From: Thermoanaerobaculia bacterium
GTDB lineage: Bacteria > Acidobacteriota > Thermoanaerobaculia > Gp7-AA8
Assembly (NCBI GenBank): GCA_036375075.1
Contig: DASUSN010000216.1
Coordinates: 10,302-74,301, forward strand
Direction of reading: 5' to 3'
DNA length: 64,000 nucleotides
Shown: positions 1 through 8,995 of the stretch, in pieces
Numbering within the stretch: position 1 is the first letter of the stretch
Layout: the number at the start of each line of letters is the position of its first letter
Translations under genes and position numbers: made by a program
Notes under the pieces: model-generated
The model's database searches: none
Seen by the model: only the letters and a program-made list of their open reading frames with translations
What the model was told of the DNA's origin: nothing

Positions 1-187
1 GGTAGACCGTCGCGCGCGAGATCTTGACGCCCTTCTCCTTCATCTTGAAGAGCAGCTCGTCCGCCTCGAAGTGGTAATGGATGGAGAAGATCTCCCTAAC
101 GAGCGCGGTGCGCTCGGAAGTGAGCTTGAGCCCGTGCTGCTGCAGGAACTCCTGGAAGCGGGGGACCTCTTTGTCGGCGTGGGCCAT
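1..187 (-). CDS. Fur-family transcriptional regulator, 5' part only (gene runs off window start)
   Basis: Minus-strand translation from ATG at 187: MAHADKEVPRFQEFLQQHGLKLTSERTALVREIFSIHYHFEADELLFKMKEKGVKISRATVY... N-terminal winged-helix pattern typical of Fur/PerR/Zur (..ISxATVYRxL). Not in ORF track because it is truncated. Confidence 0.6.
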   Translation of the reverse strand, partial: MAHADKEVPRFQEFLQQHGLKLTSERTALVREIFSIHYHFEADELLFKMKEKGVKISRATVY

Positions 188-203
188 CGGCACTCGGGAC
201 GCG

Positions 204-220
204 TTGAGACGGAGTCTCAA
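204..220. promoter_or_regulatory. Perfect 7-3-7 palindrome TTGAGACggaGTCTCAA just upstream of the Fur-family start; candidate autoregulatory operator
   Basis: Seen directly in sequence 17-33 nt upstream of the ATG at 187 (minus strand). Confidence 0.3.
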
Positions 221-290
221 TCGCGCTAGCGAGTGTAGGGGTCTCGACGGACTTCGTCAAGTGAAGCCCGCCCCCGGGCTGCGGGACGCG

Positions 291-2774
291 TCACAGGTGG
301 GTCCTGGCCGCCTCCACCATCTGGCGCACCTTCGGCTGCCGCGGGTCGATGGCCAGCGACCGGTTCCAGAAGTCGAGAGCGCGGGAGTATTCGTCCTGCC
401 GGGCGTAGAACACCGCCAGGTTGTTGAGGACGAGCGTGGACGACGGCTGGAGGCCGAGGGCGCGCTCGAGCTCGGGGAGGCCCTCGGTGTACCGCTGCGC
501 CTGGGCCAGCGCGGAGCCGAGGTTGGCGGCGATGAGGTACGACTGCGGATAGATCTGCTTGGCCTTGTAGAGCAGGTTGATGGCGCGCGAGGTCATGTTC
601 TGCGACCGGTACAGCGCGGCGAAATCGACGAAGCGCTTCTCCGCGTCCGGCAGCCCGCGCTGTGCGGCGGCAATGAACACGTTCTCCGCGGCGGTGTACT
701 GCTGGCGCTCGAAGAGCACCAGGGCCATGTTGAAGTACGGCGTCGGGCGCGTGGGATTGAGATCGATCGCGTTCTGGAACGCCTCGACCGCCTCCTTCGG
801 CTTCTTCTGCCGGCGCAGCTCGATGCCCTGATTGTTCCAGTGCGCGTACGCGCCCCACTGCGCCGGCGGAACCGCGGCGGCAACCTGCACGCCCTCGTCG
901 TCTTCGAACACCGGCTGCAGCCGCGACGGATCGACGAGGTGGCCGATCGCCTGCAGCCGCTGCGTGTACTGCTGCGGATTCACGCCGCGTCCGCCCGCGG
1001 GACGGCCCGCAAAGAACTCGTCGTAGCTGACGACGCGCACGGAAGTCACCGGATCGATGCCGTTGAAGACCCAGCTCGCCTGATTGCCCGGCATCTCGAG
1101 GGACTTGGGCAATCCGAGGACGGAGAGGACCGTGGGCACGACGTCGTAGAGCGACAGGGTATGGCTGCCGCGGCTGGGCGCGACGTGATTGCCGTAGGCG
1201 ATGAAGATTCCGGGATTGCGGTGGTCGGAGATCGCGCTGCGTCCGATGGGGGCCGTGCGCGGGCGGTTCTTTCCCCAGCGGAACCCGTGCGCGGACATGA
1301 TGATGACGGTGGTGTCGTCCGTCAGCACCTTCATCCACTCCCCGATCAGCCGGTCCACCTCGGAGTAGTAATTCGCGACGCTCGGCCAGTACCGGCGGAA
1401 CTGCGTCTGCGGGATGCCCTCCCGGTACGGCGGGTGGTAAGGGCCGAAGAGGTGATTGACGACGTCCGTGCCGTCGTACGACATCATCATCACCAGCGGC
1501 TCCTGCTGCTGATAGAGCGCGATGGCGGCGCGGTGATCGGTCCAGGTCTTCGCGAGCGTCTCGCGGAACACGTTCACCGGATCCGCGGAACCGCCCTTCG
1601 AGACGGCGTCCTGGTACTCCTGGCCGGTGATGTTGAGAAAGCGGCCGACCTGCGCGAAGCCGATGGTGTTCGTGGCGACGACCTGACTGGCGACGCGCGA
1701 CCGCAGCTCCGCGGGGTCGATGGCTTCGGGCATCAGCGCGCCGGGGACGTCGAACGTGACGGCGCCGTCCATGCGCGGCGGCCACGCCGTCCACCAGTTC
1801 ACGACGACCGAGCGGCGGCCGAAGGCTTCGGCGATGTCCCACAGCGCCGGCGCGCGGCGCGTGGCGGCGTCGACGGGCTGCTTCGTCTGCGGGTCCATGA
1901 AGTCGAGGACGCCGTGGCGATCGGGAGGCAGTCCGGTGGCGACGGACGTCCAGACGAGCGGGGACACGGTCGGCTGGATGGTCTGGAGGGTGCCGGTCGT
2001 GCCGCCGAGGGCGAGGGCGCGGATGTTGGGAATGCGGCCGTCGGCGGAGAGCTCGGAGATGAGCTCCCAGTCGGCGCCATCGATGGCGAAGATGGCGACG
2101 CGACCGGCCACGCCACGCGCGTTGCGGCGCAGCTCGTGGCGTTTGTACTCGAGGAGCGCGCGGCGGTCGGGCTCCATCTGCGCGATCTCGAAGGCCTCGA
2201 CTTTCAGGCCGCTCTGGGCGAGGTAGCCGGCGACGACGCGGCGGAGGACGTCCCGCCGGGTGGCGAACTGCGACGTCGGCGAGAGGAGCTCTTCGACCGG
2301 CACCTGCTGCGTGACGGCGGAGACGGCCTCGCCGACGCGGGTACGGATCCAGGCGCTCCAGCCGTCGCGGACGAGCCGGCGCGCGTCCTTCAGCTCCTCG
2401 CCCGGCAGGGTGAAGCGGATCCGGTAGCTGACCGTGACCGGGATCTTCTCTTTCGAGAGGATGCGCACCAGATCGTCGCGCTGCGCCGCGCCGTTCCGCT
2501 TCTCGAACTCGAGGCGGTAGAACTGATGCGGCGGCAGGAAGGTGATGCGGTTCTGCACCAGCCGGACCTTCCCCGACTGCTTGTCGACGCCGAAGATCAG
2601 GCGGCGCGAGGAGGGGAGAAAGAGGCTGACGATGAGGTAGATCGTCCCCGCCATCGCGGCGAGGAGCGCCAGAGCGCGGACAGACTTCGAGCGGAGCACG
2701 GGAGGGGCAGTATGAAAGAAAGGTGCCGGGATGGGGGCGCTGTTTGGAGTGCGGAGGAGACAGGTCCCTGTCAT
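291..2774 (-). CDS. Membrane-anchored multidomain protein: SPFH/band-7-like region + alkaline-phosphatase-superfamily (nucleotide pyrophosphatase/phosphodiesterase-like) domain + C-terminal TPR repeats
   Basis: 827-aa ORF. N-terminal hydrophobic segment (TIYLIVSLFL), AlkP-like motifs (AIFAIDGADW, MSAHGFRWG), C-terminal TPR repeats (AVEAFQNAIDLNP..., ALDFWNRSLAIDP). True start may be an internal Met (e.g. MAGTIYLIV). Confidence 0.6.
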   Translation of the reverse strand: MTGTCLLRTPNSAPIPAPFFHTAPPVLRSKSVRALALLAAMAGTIYLIVSLFLPSSRRLIFGVDKQSGKVRLVQNRITFLPPHQFYRLEFEKRNGAAQRDDLVRILSKEKIPVTVSYRIRFTLPGEELKDARRLVRDGWSAWIRTRVGEAVSAVTQQVPVEELLSPTSQFATRRDVLRRVVAGYLAQSGLKVEAFEIAQMEPDRRALLEYKRHELRRNARGVAGRVAIFAIDGADWELISELSADGRIPNIRALALGGTTGTLQTIQPTVSPLVWTSVATGLPPDRHGVLDFMDPQTKQPVDAATRRAPALWDIAEAFGRRSVVVNWWTAWPPRMDGAVTFDVPGALMPEAIDPAELRSRVASQVVATNTIGFAQVGRFLNITGQEYQDAVSKGGSADPVNVFRETLAKTWTDHRAAIALYQQQEPLVMMMSYDGTDVVNHLFGPYHPPYREGIPQTQFRRYWPSVANYYSEVDRLIGEWMKVLTDDTTVIIMSAHGFRWGKNRPRTAPIGRSAISDHRNPGIFIAYGNHVAPSRGSHTLSLYDVVPTVLSVLGLPKSLEMPGNQASWVFNGIDPVTSVRVVSYDEFFAGRPAGGRGVNPQQYTQRLQAIGHLVDPSRLQPVFEDDEGVQVAAAVPPAQWGAYAHWNNQGIELRRQKKPKEAVEAFQNAIDLNPTRPTPYFNMALVLFERQQYTAAENVFIAAAQRGLPDAEKRFVDFAALYRSQNMTSRAINLLYKAKQIYPQSYLIAANLGSALAQAQRYTEGLPELERALGLQPSSTLVLNNLAVFYARQDEYSRALDFWNRSLAIDPRQPKVRQMVEAARTHL

Positions 2775-2872
2775 CCTGAGCCGCGTAGACGGCGAAGGAC
2801 CCCCTGATTCGTGCGCGACGCGTGCTATCGGCAGGGGGTCCTTCGCCGCGCTTCGCCGGCTCAGGATGACAG
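2769..2872. repeat. Long imperfect palindrome (about 39-bp arms CTGTCATCCTGAGCCG...GGCGAAGGACCCCCTG, 25-bp loop) between two minus-strand genes; likely terminator/structured intergenic element
   Basis: Arms read directly: ctgtcatcctgagccg..ggcgaaggaccccctg / cagggggtccttcgcc..cggctcaggatgacag. Confidence 0.5.
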
Positions 2873-2891
2873 CGCGCCCTGCCCCTGCCCC

Positions 2892-3645
2892 CTACTTCTT
2901 GCGCTTCACCAGTTGCTTTACCTCGTCGTTGCCGATGGGGCTCTGGGCCGAGATGATCACGGCGGCGGTGCCCTCGCGGAAGGAGGGGATGGTGCAGCGG
3001 ACGATGGCGGAGCCGTCGGCGGCTGTCTTGCCGCGGAAGATGACCCGAGGGGGCTCGACGGTGGAGATGACCTTCACTTCGATGGCGGCCGCCGGGATCG
3101 GCGCTTGGGAGAGGCTCTTGCGGGCGGCGACGCGCAGCTCGATGGACGTGCCGGCGAAGAACTCGGTCTGGCTCAGCAGCGCGAGCTCGAGGTGCTCGCT
3201 CTCCGCCTCGGACGCCAGGTAGTCGATGATCACCTGGTCGAGGGTCTTCTCCTCGTCGATGGCGATCGGGGGCGCAGCGGGCTCGGGGACCGGGGTGCTC
3301 GTGTGCGTGGAGAGCGTCGGCGGGCGCTCCTGGACGGTCTTGGTCGTGTCCGCGGGCTGGTCGAAGCGCCCGCGCTTGATGGCCGCGATCATCGTGCGGT
3401 GCTGCTGTTCCATCAGCCCGCCGATCCATTTGTCGTCGACGCCGACCTTCAACTGCTCCGCGTAGGAGGTCTTCTTCGACGCGAGGATCTCGCCGCCCAC
3501 GTAGACGAGCGACTCGATGTACGGATTGCCGACACCTTTGTCCTCGGTCTGTACGTGGTAGACCTTCTCGTTGTGCTTGATGTCGGTGTTGAAGCCGGTG
3601 ATCACGGAAACCGGTATGTTACCAACTAATTCTGGTCGAGCCACG
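2892..3645 (-). CDS. Hypothetical protein (about 250 aa); only the C-terminal part of ORF 2892..4313 is plausible coding
   Basis: ORF N-terminal half is Arg-rich out-of-frame shadow of the gene at 3626..4483. Plausible protein starts near VARPELVGNIPVSVITGFNTDIKHNEKVYHVQTEDKG (GTG at about 3645), ends ...EVKQLVKRKK. No family recognised. Confidence 0.4.
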
Positions 3646-4483
3646 CGCGCAGATACGCGATCTGCTCCCGCACGCGCGAGCGGTCGTCCGCGGACGGCAT
3701 CAGGACGAGGTACCGCTCGAAGAGCTCGATGGCCTGCGCGTATGCGTGCATCTGCATGGCGAGGGCGGCGCGGTCGCGGACCTCGTATGCGTCGCGCGCG
3801 TCGAGGATGAGCAGGCGATCGATGGACGCCGCGGCGCGGGTGAGATCGCGCTGCGCGAGATACGCGGCCTTGAGCTGCGCCAGCTCGCGGGCGAGGATCT
3901 GGCGCGGCGTGAACGAGCGGAGGTGGTGCTCGCGGAGCTGCACGCCGCCGCCGTACATGCCGTCGAGGATCTTCTGCAGCTCGACGGTGGAAAGTACGCG
4001 CCCGCCGTCGAAGGGATCGACGACGATCACGCCGAACGGGCCCGTGAACTTCACCAGGAAACGCCCCGGCAGGGCGACGCCCGCGGCCTCGATGCCGGCG
4101 CGGCGGGAGAGCTCGATGTAGAGGATCGACAGCGTGATCGGCAGGCCGGCGTGCCGGTCCAGGGCCTCGCTGAGCAGCGCGCTGCGCGGGTCGTAATAAT
4201 CGCCGTCGGCGCCGAGGAAGCCTTCTTCGTCGAAGAGGAGCCGGTTGACCGTGGCGACGATGCGCTCGATGTCCCGCGAGCCTTCCAGACGCTCGCGGAC
4301 GGCGTCGCTCCACGACTGGACGGCGTCGAGGTGACGGCCGACGTCCAGCCGCGGGTCTTCCTCGAGATCGATGACCAGCGACGCTTCCACCAGATCGAGC
4401 AGCGGCTCGGGGCGGCCCGCGATCTCTTCGAATCGCCGGCGCGCCAGCGCAGGATGCGTCAGGACTCTTCCCGGCTGCTGCAT
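3626..4483 (-). CDS. SirB1/YchA-like transglutaminase-like plus TPR family protein
   Basis: 285 aa. GLPITLSILYIELSRRAGIEAAGVALPGRFLVKF...VVDPFDGGRVLS resembles the YchA (SirB1) N-terminal transglutaminase-like core followed by a TPR-like tail. Confidence 0.55.
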   Translation of the reverse strand: MQQPGRVLTHPALARRRFEEIAGRPEPLLDLVEASLVIDLEEDPRLDVGRHLDAVQSWSDAVRERLEGSRDIERIVATVNRLLFDEEGFLGADGDYYDPRSALLSEALDRHAGLPITLSILYIELSRRAGIEAAGVALPGRFLVKFTGPFGVIVVDPFDGGRVLSTVELQKILDGMYGGGVQLREHHLRSFTPRQILARELAQLKAAYLAQRDLTRAAASIDRLLILDARDAYEVRDRAALAMQMHAYAQAIELFERYLVLMPSADDRSRVREQIAYLRAWLDQN

Positions 4484-4906
4484 TCCGCTATCTTCCTCCG
4501 GAGCTCATCGTCCACCGGCCTCTTCGAACGGCGTGCCCAGTCGTAGAGCACGACCGTGACTTTGCCGGTGGCCGCGAGCTCGTTGCCGTTCGTCTTGCGA
4601 ATCTCGTAGTGGGTGTCGAAGGAGCTGTTCCGGACCTCGCCGTAGCGGACGCGGATCTCGATCGGCTCCATCTCGATGGACTGGCGGAAGTCGCACTGGG
4701 CGTGGGCGACGATGAACCCGATGTCGAGCGCTCCGCCGTAGCCGGCCACCTCGAACCAGAGGAGGGTGCGCGCCCACTCGAAGTACGTGAAGAACACGGC
4801 GTTGTTGACGTGGCCGTACGCGTCCACGTCCCGGAAGATGACCTGATGAGGAACGACGTACCAGCCATCGCGCCACGTCCCACGAAAACTCTCGGGCACA
4901 CTCATT
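4459..4906 (-). CDS. Acyl-CoA thioesterase, hotdog fold (YbgC/4HBT family)
   Basis: MSVPESFRGTWRDGWYVVPHQVIFRDVDAYGHVNNAVFFTYFEWART... ATGA start/stop overlap with upstream HMG-CoA lyase gene. Confidence 0.7.
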
Positions 4907-5846
4907 GTACGGCAGCGGTCGTCACAGAGATGGTGCTCTTCGCCGACTTTGTGGTGCACGCCTGCAGGTAGCGGCCGGGCAGCGGGTGGTCGAGGTACGG
5001 CGCGATGATCGAGGACGCCTGGACGAGCCGGTTGAGGTCCACGCCGGTGTCGATGCCCATCCGGTCGAGCATGTACACGAGGTCCTCGGTCGCCAGATTG
5101 CCCGAGGCGCCCGGGGCGTAGGGGCAGCCGCCGAGCCCGCCGGAGCTGCCGTCGAAGGTGGTCACGTTCATCTCCAGCGCCGCGAGCGTGTTGGCCAGGG
5201 CGGTGCCGCGCGTGTCGTGGAAGTGCATCGCCAGCTTCGACGCCGGGATCACGTGCAGGAGGACGCCGATGACACCCTGCACCTGCATGGGCGTCCCCAC
5301 GCCGATCGTGTCGCCGACGGAGACCTCGTAGCAGCCGAGGTCGAGGAGACGGGCACAGACCTCGAGGACCTTCTCCGGCGGAACGTCGCCTTCGTACGGG
5401 CAGCCGAACGCGGTGGAGACGTAGCCGCGCACGCGGATCCCTTCCTGATGGGCGCGCAGGGCCACCGGCGCGTAGTTGTCGAACGACTCGTCGATCGACA
5501 TGTTGATGTTGCGCTTGTTGAACGTCTCCGAGGAGGCGGTGAAGATGGCGATCGACTTCACGCCGGCCTCGATGGCCCGCTCCAGGCCCCTCATGTTCGG
5601 GACGAGCACGGGGTACTCGACGCCAGGATCCTTCGGGATGTCGCGGTACACCTCCGCGGTGTCCGCCATCTGCGGCACCCACTTCGGCGAGACGAACGCG
5701 CCGGCCTCGATGACGCGCAGGCCGGCGTCGGAGAGGGCGGTGATGTAGTCGATCTTGGCCTGTGTCGGGATCGTGACTTTCTCGTTCTGCAGGCCGTCAC
5801 GAGGGCCGACTTCCACGATTCGTACGGTATCAACGGAGATTTTCAT
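4902..5846 (-). CDS. Hydroxymethylglutaryl-CoA lyase
   Basis: RIVEVGPRDGLQNEKVTIPT...DTIGVGTP...HFHDTRGTALANTLAAL...GLGGCPYAPGASGNLATEDLVYML are HMGL-like signatures. Start taken at MKISVDTVRIV. Confidence 0.85.
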   Translation of the reverse strand: MKISVDTVRIVEVGPRDGLQNEKVTIPTQAKIDYITALSDAGLRVIEAGAFVSPKWVPQMADTAEVYRDIPKDPGVEYPVLVPNMRGLERAIEAGVKSIAIFTASSETFNKRNINMSIDESFDNYAPVALRAHQEGIRVRGYVSTAFGCPYEGDVPPEKVLEVCARLLDLGCYEVSVGDTIGVGTPMQVQGVIGVLLHVIPASKLAMHFHDTRGTALANTLAALEMNVTTFDGSSGGLGGCPYAPGASGNLATEDLVYMLDRMGIDTGVDLNRLVQASSIIAPYLDHPLPGRYLQACTTKSAKSTISVTTAAVQ

Positions 5847-5863
5847 GGGATCGCACAGGACTG

Positions 5864-6262
5864 TCATCCTTCTGTCAAAGTTACGAGCTCCACGCCCGGT
5901 TGCACCAGCTCTCCCTCTTTGCAGTTGATGGAAGCGACCTTGCCGTCATGTCCGGCGCTGATCTGGTGCTCCATCTTCATGGCCTCGAGGATGAGCAGCG
6001 GGGCTCCTTTTGCAACAACATCACCCTCGCGCACGAGAATTCGCAGTACTACGCCGGGCATCGGCGCCTCGGTGGAGTGGTCCTTGTGGCGCGCGCGGGC
6101 GCGGCCTTTCTCCTCGACCTCGATGAAGTAGATCTCGCCGTCGAACGCGAAGTTCACGGTCGAGCCCCCTGTTGAAGAGACGATCACGTAGGGAACGGCG
6201 TACGTGCGCCCGTCGACGCGGATCTCGGCTTCTTCGCCGTCGGTGGAGAGGAGCTCGATCAT
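5864..6262 (-). CDS. Biotin/lipoyl attachment domain protein (biotin carboxyl carrier protein-like)
   Basis: C-terminal ...LLILEAMKMEHQISAGHDGKVASI..., the AMKM biotinylation motif. Only the last 133 codons of ORF 5864..7699 are credible. ATGA overlap with pyrE. Confidence 0.7.
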   Translation of the reverse strand: MIELLSTDGEEAEIRVDGRTYAVPYVIVSSTGGSTVNFAFDGEIYFIEVEEKGRARARHKDHSTEAPMPGVVLRILVREGDVVAKGAPLLILEAMKMEHQISAGHDGKVASINCKEGELVQPGVELVTLTEG

Positions 6263-6831
6263 CGGGAGAACCGCGACCCCGGCGCGTCGAGCGGAATCTC
6301 CTGCGAGCAGAGCGGACAGCGGTCGGCTTCGTACGACGCGAGATCGAGCGCCAGCAGCGACTCGTAGGGCGAGTCGAACGGATTCTCCCGGCCGCTGCGA
6401 TTGAGGATCGACGCGAATCCCACGACCAGGCCGCCGTGCTGCGCGATGACGTCCGCGGTCTCGCGCGTCGACTTGCCGGTGGTGACGACGTCTTCGACGA
6501 TGACCACGCGCTCGCCTTCCCCGATGCGGAAGCCGCGCCGCAGCGTCATCACGCCGTCTTTCCGCTCCGTGAACACGAACGGCAACTCCAGCGCCTCGGC
6601 CACGGTGTAGCCGATGATCACTCCGCCGAGGGCGGGGGCGACGATCCGCTGCGCGCCCAGCGAGCGGATACGGTCGCCGAGGGCGGCGCCGATCGCTTTG
6701 GCGTGACGCGGGTGCTCGAGCAGCAGCGCGCACTGCACGTAGTTCGGGCTGTGCAGCCCCGAGGAGAGGCGGAAGTGGCCGGTGAGCAGGGCCCCCGTCT
6801 CTTCGAGAAGAGGCCTGACGTCGAGAGTCAT
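6259..6831 (-). CDS. pyrE: Orotate phosphoribosyltransferase
   Basis: 190 aa. PRPP-binding motif VVIVEDVVTTGKST and overall PyrE pattern. Confidence 0.85.
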   Translation of the reverse strand: MTLDVRPLLEETGALLTGHFRLSSGLHSPNYVQCALLLEHPRHAKAIGAALGDRIRSLGAQRIVAPALGGVIIGYTVAEALELPFVFTERKDGVMTLRRGFRIGEGERVVIVEDVVTTGKSTRETADVIAQHGGLVVGFASILNRSGRENPFDSPYESLLALDLASYEADRCPLCSQEIPLDAPGSRFSR

Positions 6832-6859
6832 CGCCGCGAGTTATAACATTGGCGGCACT

Positions 6860-7306
6860 ATGGGCAATCTCACCGAGAAAATCCGAGCGGACCTGACGGC
6901 AGCCATGAAGGCGCAGGAGAAGGATCGCCTCTCCACGATCCGCATGCTGCAGTCCGCGCTCAAGAACGAACAGATCAACGCCGGACACGAGCTGTCCGAC
7001 GAAGAGGCGATGTCCGTCATCCGCAAGGCCGTCAAGCAGCGCCAGGACTCGATCGAGCAGTACACGTCCGCCGGACGCACGGAGCTCGCGGACAAGGAAC
7101 GCGCGGAGATGGAGCAGCTCAAGGCATACCTTCCGGCGGAGCTGTCGGAGGAGGAGCTGGAGAGCGGCCTCCGGGAGATCATCGCCTCGACCGGCGCCCA
7201 GTCGAAGAAGGACCTCGGCAAGGTGATGAAGGAAGCGACCGCCCGCTTCAAGGGGCGGGCGGACGGAAAGAAGATCCAGGAGCTGGTGTCGCGGCTGCTG
7301 CCGTGA
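6860..7306 (+). CDS. GatB/YqeY domain protein
   Basis: MGNLTEKIRADLTAAMKAQEKDRLSTIRMLQSALKNEQIN... is the typical YqeY pattern. Start taken at internal ATG 6860. Confidence 0.75.
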   Translation: MGNLTEKIRADLTAAMKAQEKDRLSTIRMLQSALKNEQINAGHELSDEEAMSVIRKAVKQRQDSIEQYTSAGRTELADKERAEMEQLKAYLPAELSEEELESGLREIIASTGAQSKKDLGKVMKEATARFKGRADGKKIQELVSRLLP

Positions 7307-7405
7307 CGAGTCTTCGGGTCGTCGAGTCGTCAAGTCGTCAAGAGATCGCTCGACCAGCTGAAGACTTAGACTCGACGACTCGAAGACTCGACGACTCGAC
7401 GACTC
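7306..7405. repeat. Hairpin built from inverted arrays of the 8-bp unit GTCGTCGA/GTCGTCAA (3 direct + 4 inverted copies) abutting the moeB start codon
   Basis: gacgagtcttcgggtcgtcgagtcgtcaagtcgtcaag ... cttagactcgacgactcgaagactcgacgactcgacgactc ATG. Same unit recurs at 28681-28720. Confidence 0.6.
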
Positions 7406-8491
7406 ATGTCCCGCTACCAGCGTCAAATCACGCTCCCCGAGATCGGCGAAGCCGGCCAGCGCAAGCTCGGTGAAGCGTCCGTGCTCGTCGTCGGCGCGGG
7501 CGGGCTGGGCTCGCCGACCGCGATCTACCTCGCCGCGGCGGGCGTCGGCCGTATCGGCCTGGTCGACTTCGATCGGGTCGACATCACGAACCTGCACCGG
7601 CAGATCCTCTACGGCACCTCGGACGTCGGACGGCCGAAGCTCGAGGCGGCGAAAGAGCGGCTGAACGACCTGAATCCGGAGATCCAGATCGAGACGCACG
7701 AGGCACGGCTGACCTCGGAGAACGCGCTGGAGATCCTCGGGCGCTACGACGTGATCGTCGACGGCACGGACAACTTCGCCACGCGCTACCTGGTGAACGA
7801 CGCGTGCAAGATCCTAGGAAAGCCGAACGTCTATGGCTCGATCTTCCGTTTCGACGGGCAGGCTTCGGTGTTCGCGACGGAGACCGGGCCGTGTTACCGC
7901 TGCCTCTATCCGGAGCCGCCGCCGCCGGGGATGGTGCCGTCCTGCGCGGAAGGCGGAGTTCTCGGCGTGCTGCCCGGCGTGGTCGGGACGATCCAGGCCA
8001 TCGAGGCCATCAAGCTCATCACCGGCATCGGCGAAACGCTGGCCGGACGTCTGCTAATCTTCGACGCCCTGCGGATGACGTTCCGCGTCATGAAGCTTCG
8101 CAGACGCTGCGAAGAGCACGCGGCCATCACGCAACTGATCGACTACGAGGAGTTCTGCAATCCCGTGCAAAAGACCGACATCACCCCGACCGAGCTCTCC
8201 CAGCGAATCGCGACCGGCGAAGACATCGTGCTGATCGACGTGCGCGAGCCGTACGAATGGGACGCCGGCCACATCGAAGGCGCGACGCACATCCCCATGA
8301 ACCAGGTGCCGCAGCGGCTGTCCGAGATCCCGAAGGACAAAGAGGTCGTGATGATCTGCCGCAGCGGCGGGCGCTCCGGCCACGTGCAGCAGCACCTCCT
8401 CGGACAGCAGGGCTACACGCGGGTGCTCAACCTGACGGGCGGGATGCAGCGCTGGGCCCGCGAGGTCGACCCAACCATCCGCGTCGCGTAA
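7406..8491 (+). CDS. moeB: Molybdopterin-synthase adenylyltransferase (ThiF/MoeB) fused to a C-terminal rhodanese domain (MoeZ-type)
   Basis: VLVVGAGGLGSPTAIYLAAAGVGRIGLVDFD (Rossmann/ThiF), CYRCLYPEPPP...C (Zn site), C-terminal rhodanese with active-site CRSGGRS. Confidence 0.85.
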   Translation: MSRYQRQITLPEIGEAGQRKLGEASVLVVGAGGLGSPTAIYLAAAGVGRIGLVDFDRVDITNLHRQILYGTSDVGRPKLEAAKERLNDLNPEIQIETHEARLTSENALEILGRYDVIVDGTDNFATRYLVNDACKILGKPNVYGSIFRFDGQASVFATETGPCYRCLYPEPPPPGMVPSCAEGGVLGVLPGVVGTIQAIEAIKLITGIGETLAGRLLIFDALRMTFRVMKLRRRCEEHAAITQLIDYEEFCNPVQKTDITPTELSQRIATGEDIVLIDVREPYEWDAGHIEGATHIPMNQVPQRLSEIPKDKEVVMICRSGGRSGHVQQHLLGQQGYTRVLNLTGGMQRWAREVDPTIRVA

Positions 8492-8502
8492 CTGACAGGC
8501 GC

Positions 8503-8982
8503 TTACTTCTTCGACACCATCTGCACTTTGCGGCGGCCGAAGAGGACGACGATGGACTTGCCCATGGCCGGGCCGGTCGTCGACCCCTCGAGAACGGCGA
8601 TGCCGCAGTCGGCGTAGTTGACGCCGAGGATGTTGGCGCGGTGGCCGGGGGACTCCATCCAGGAGGAGACCAGCAGGCCCGAGGTGTCGAAGCCGGCGGC
8701 GAGGTTCTCCGCGGCGAACGCGTATTCGTAGTCGATCGGGATGTGGACGAAGGGCGGCGTGCCGTCCGGCGCCTGGTGCCCCCACCACTCTCCCTCGGCC
8801 ATGTCGCGCATGCGCGCTTCCGCGGCCCTGGTGAGGCTGGGGTCGAGACGCAGCGGCGGGAGGCCCGCTTCCGCGCGGTACTCGTTCATCAGAGCGGCCA
8901 CGTTGACCGCGTTGATCTCGTTGACGTCCAGCGCGAACGCGCGGAACGCAAAAAGCACTGCCACGAGGATGGCTTTCTTCAT
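8503..8982 (-). CDS. Secreted CAP/SCP/PR-1 domain protein
   Basis: Signal peptide MKKAILVAVLFAFRAFA; CAP motifs WWGHQAPDG, SPGHRANILGVNYADCGIAV. Confidence 0.6.
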   Translation of the reverse strand: MKKAILVAVLFAFRAFALDVNEINAVNVAALMNEYRAEAGLPPLRLDPSLTRAAEARMRDMAEGEWWGHQAPDGTPPFVHIPIDYEYAFAAENLAAGFDTSGLLVSSWMESPGHRANILGVNYADCGIAVLEGSTTGPAMGKSIVVLFGRRKVQMVSKK

Positions 8983-8995
8983 GGTTGTCTCGGGA

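Noticed and set aside
81-3429. 908-aa (+) and 1067-aa (-) ORFs at 81..2807 and 226..3429
   Set aside because: Arg/Ala/Gly/Pro-rich translations typical of out-of-frame reading in 70% GC DNA. They overlap the well-supported minus-strand AlkP/TPR gene (291..2774) and have no recognisable motifs.
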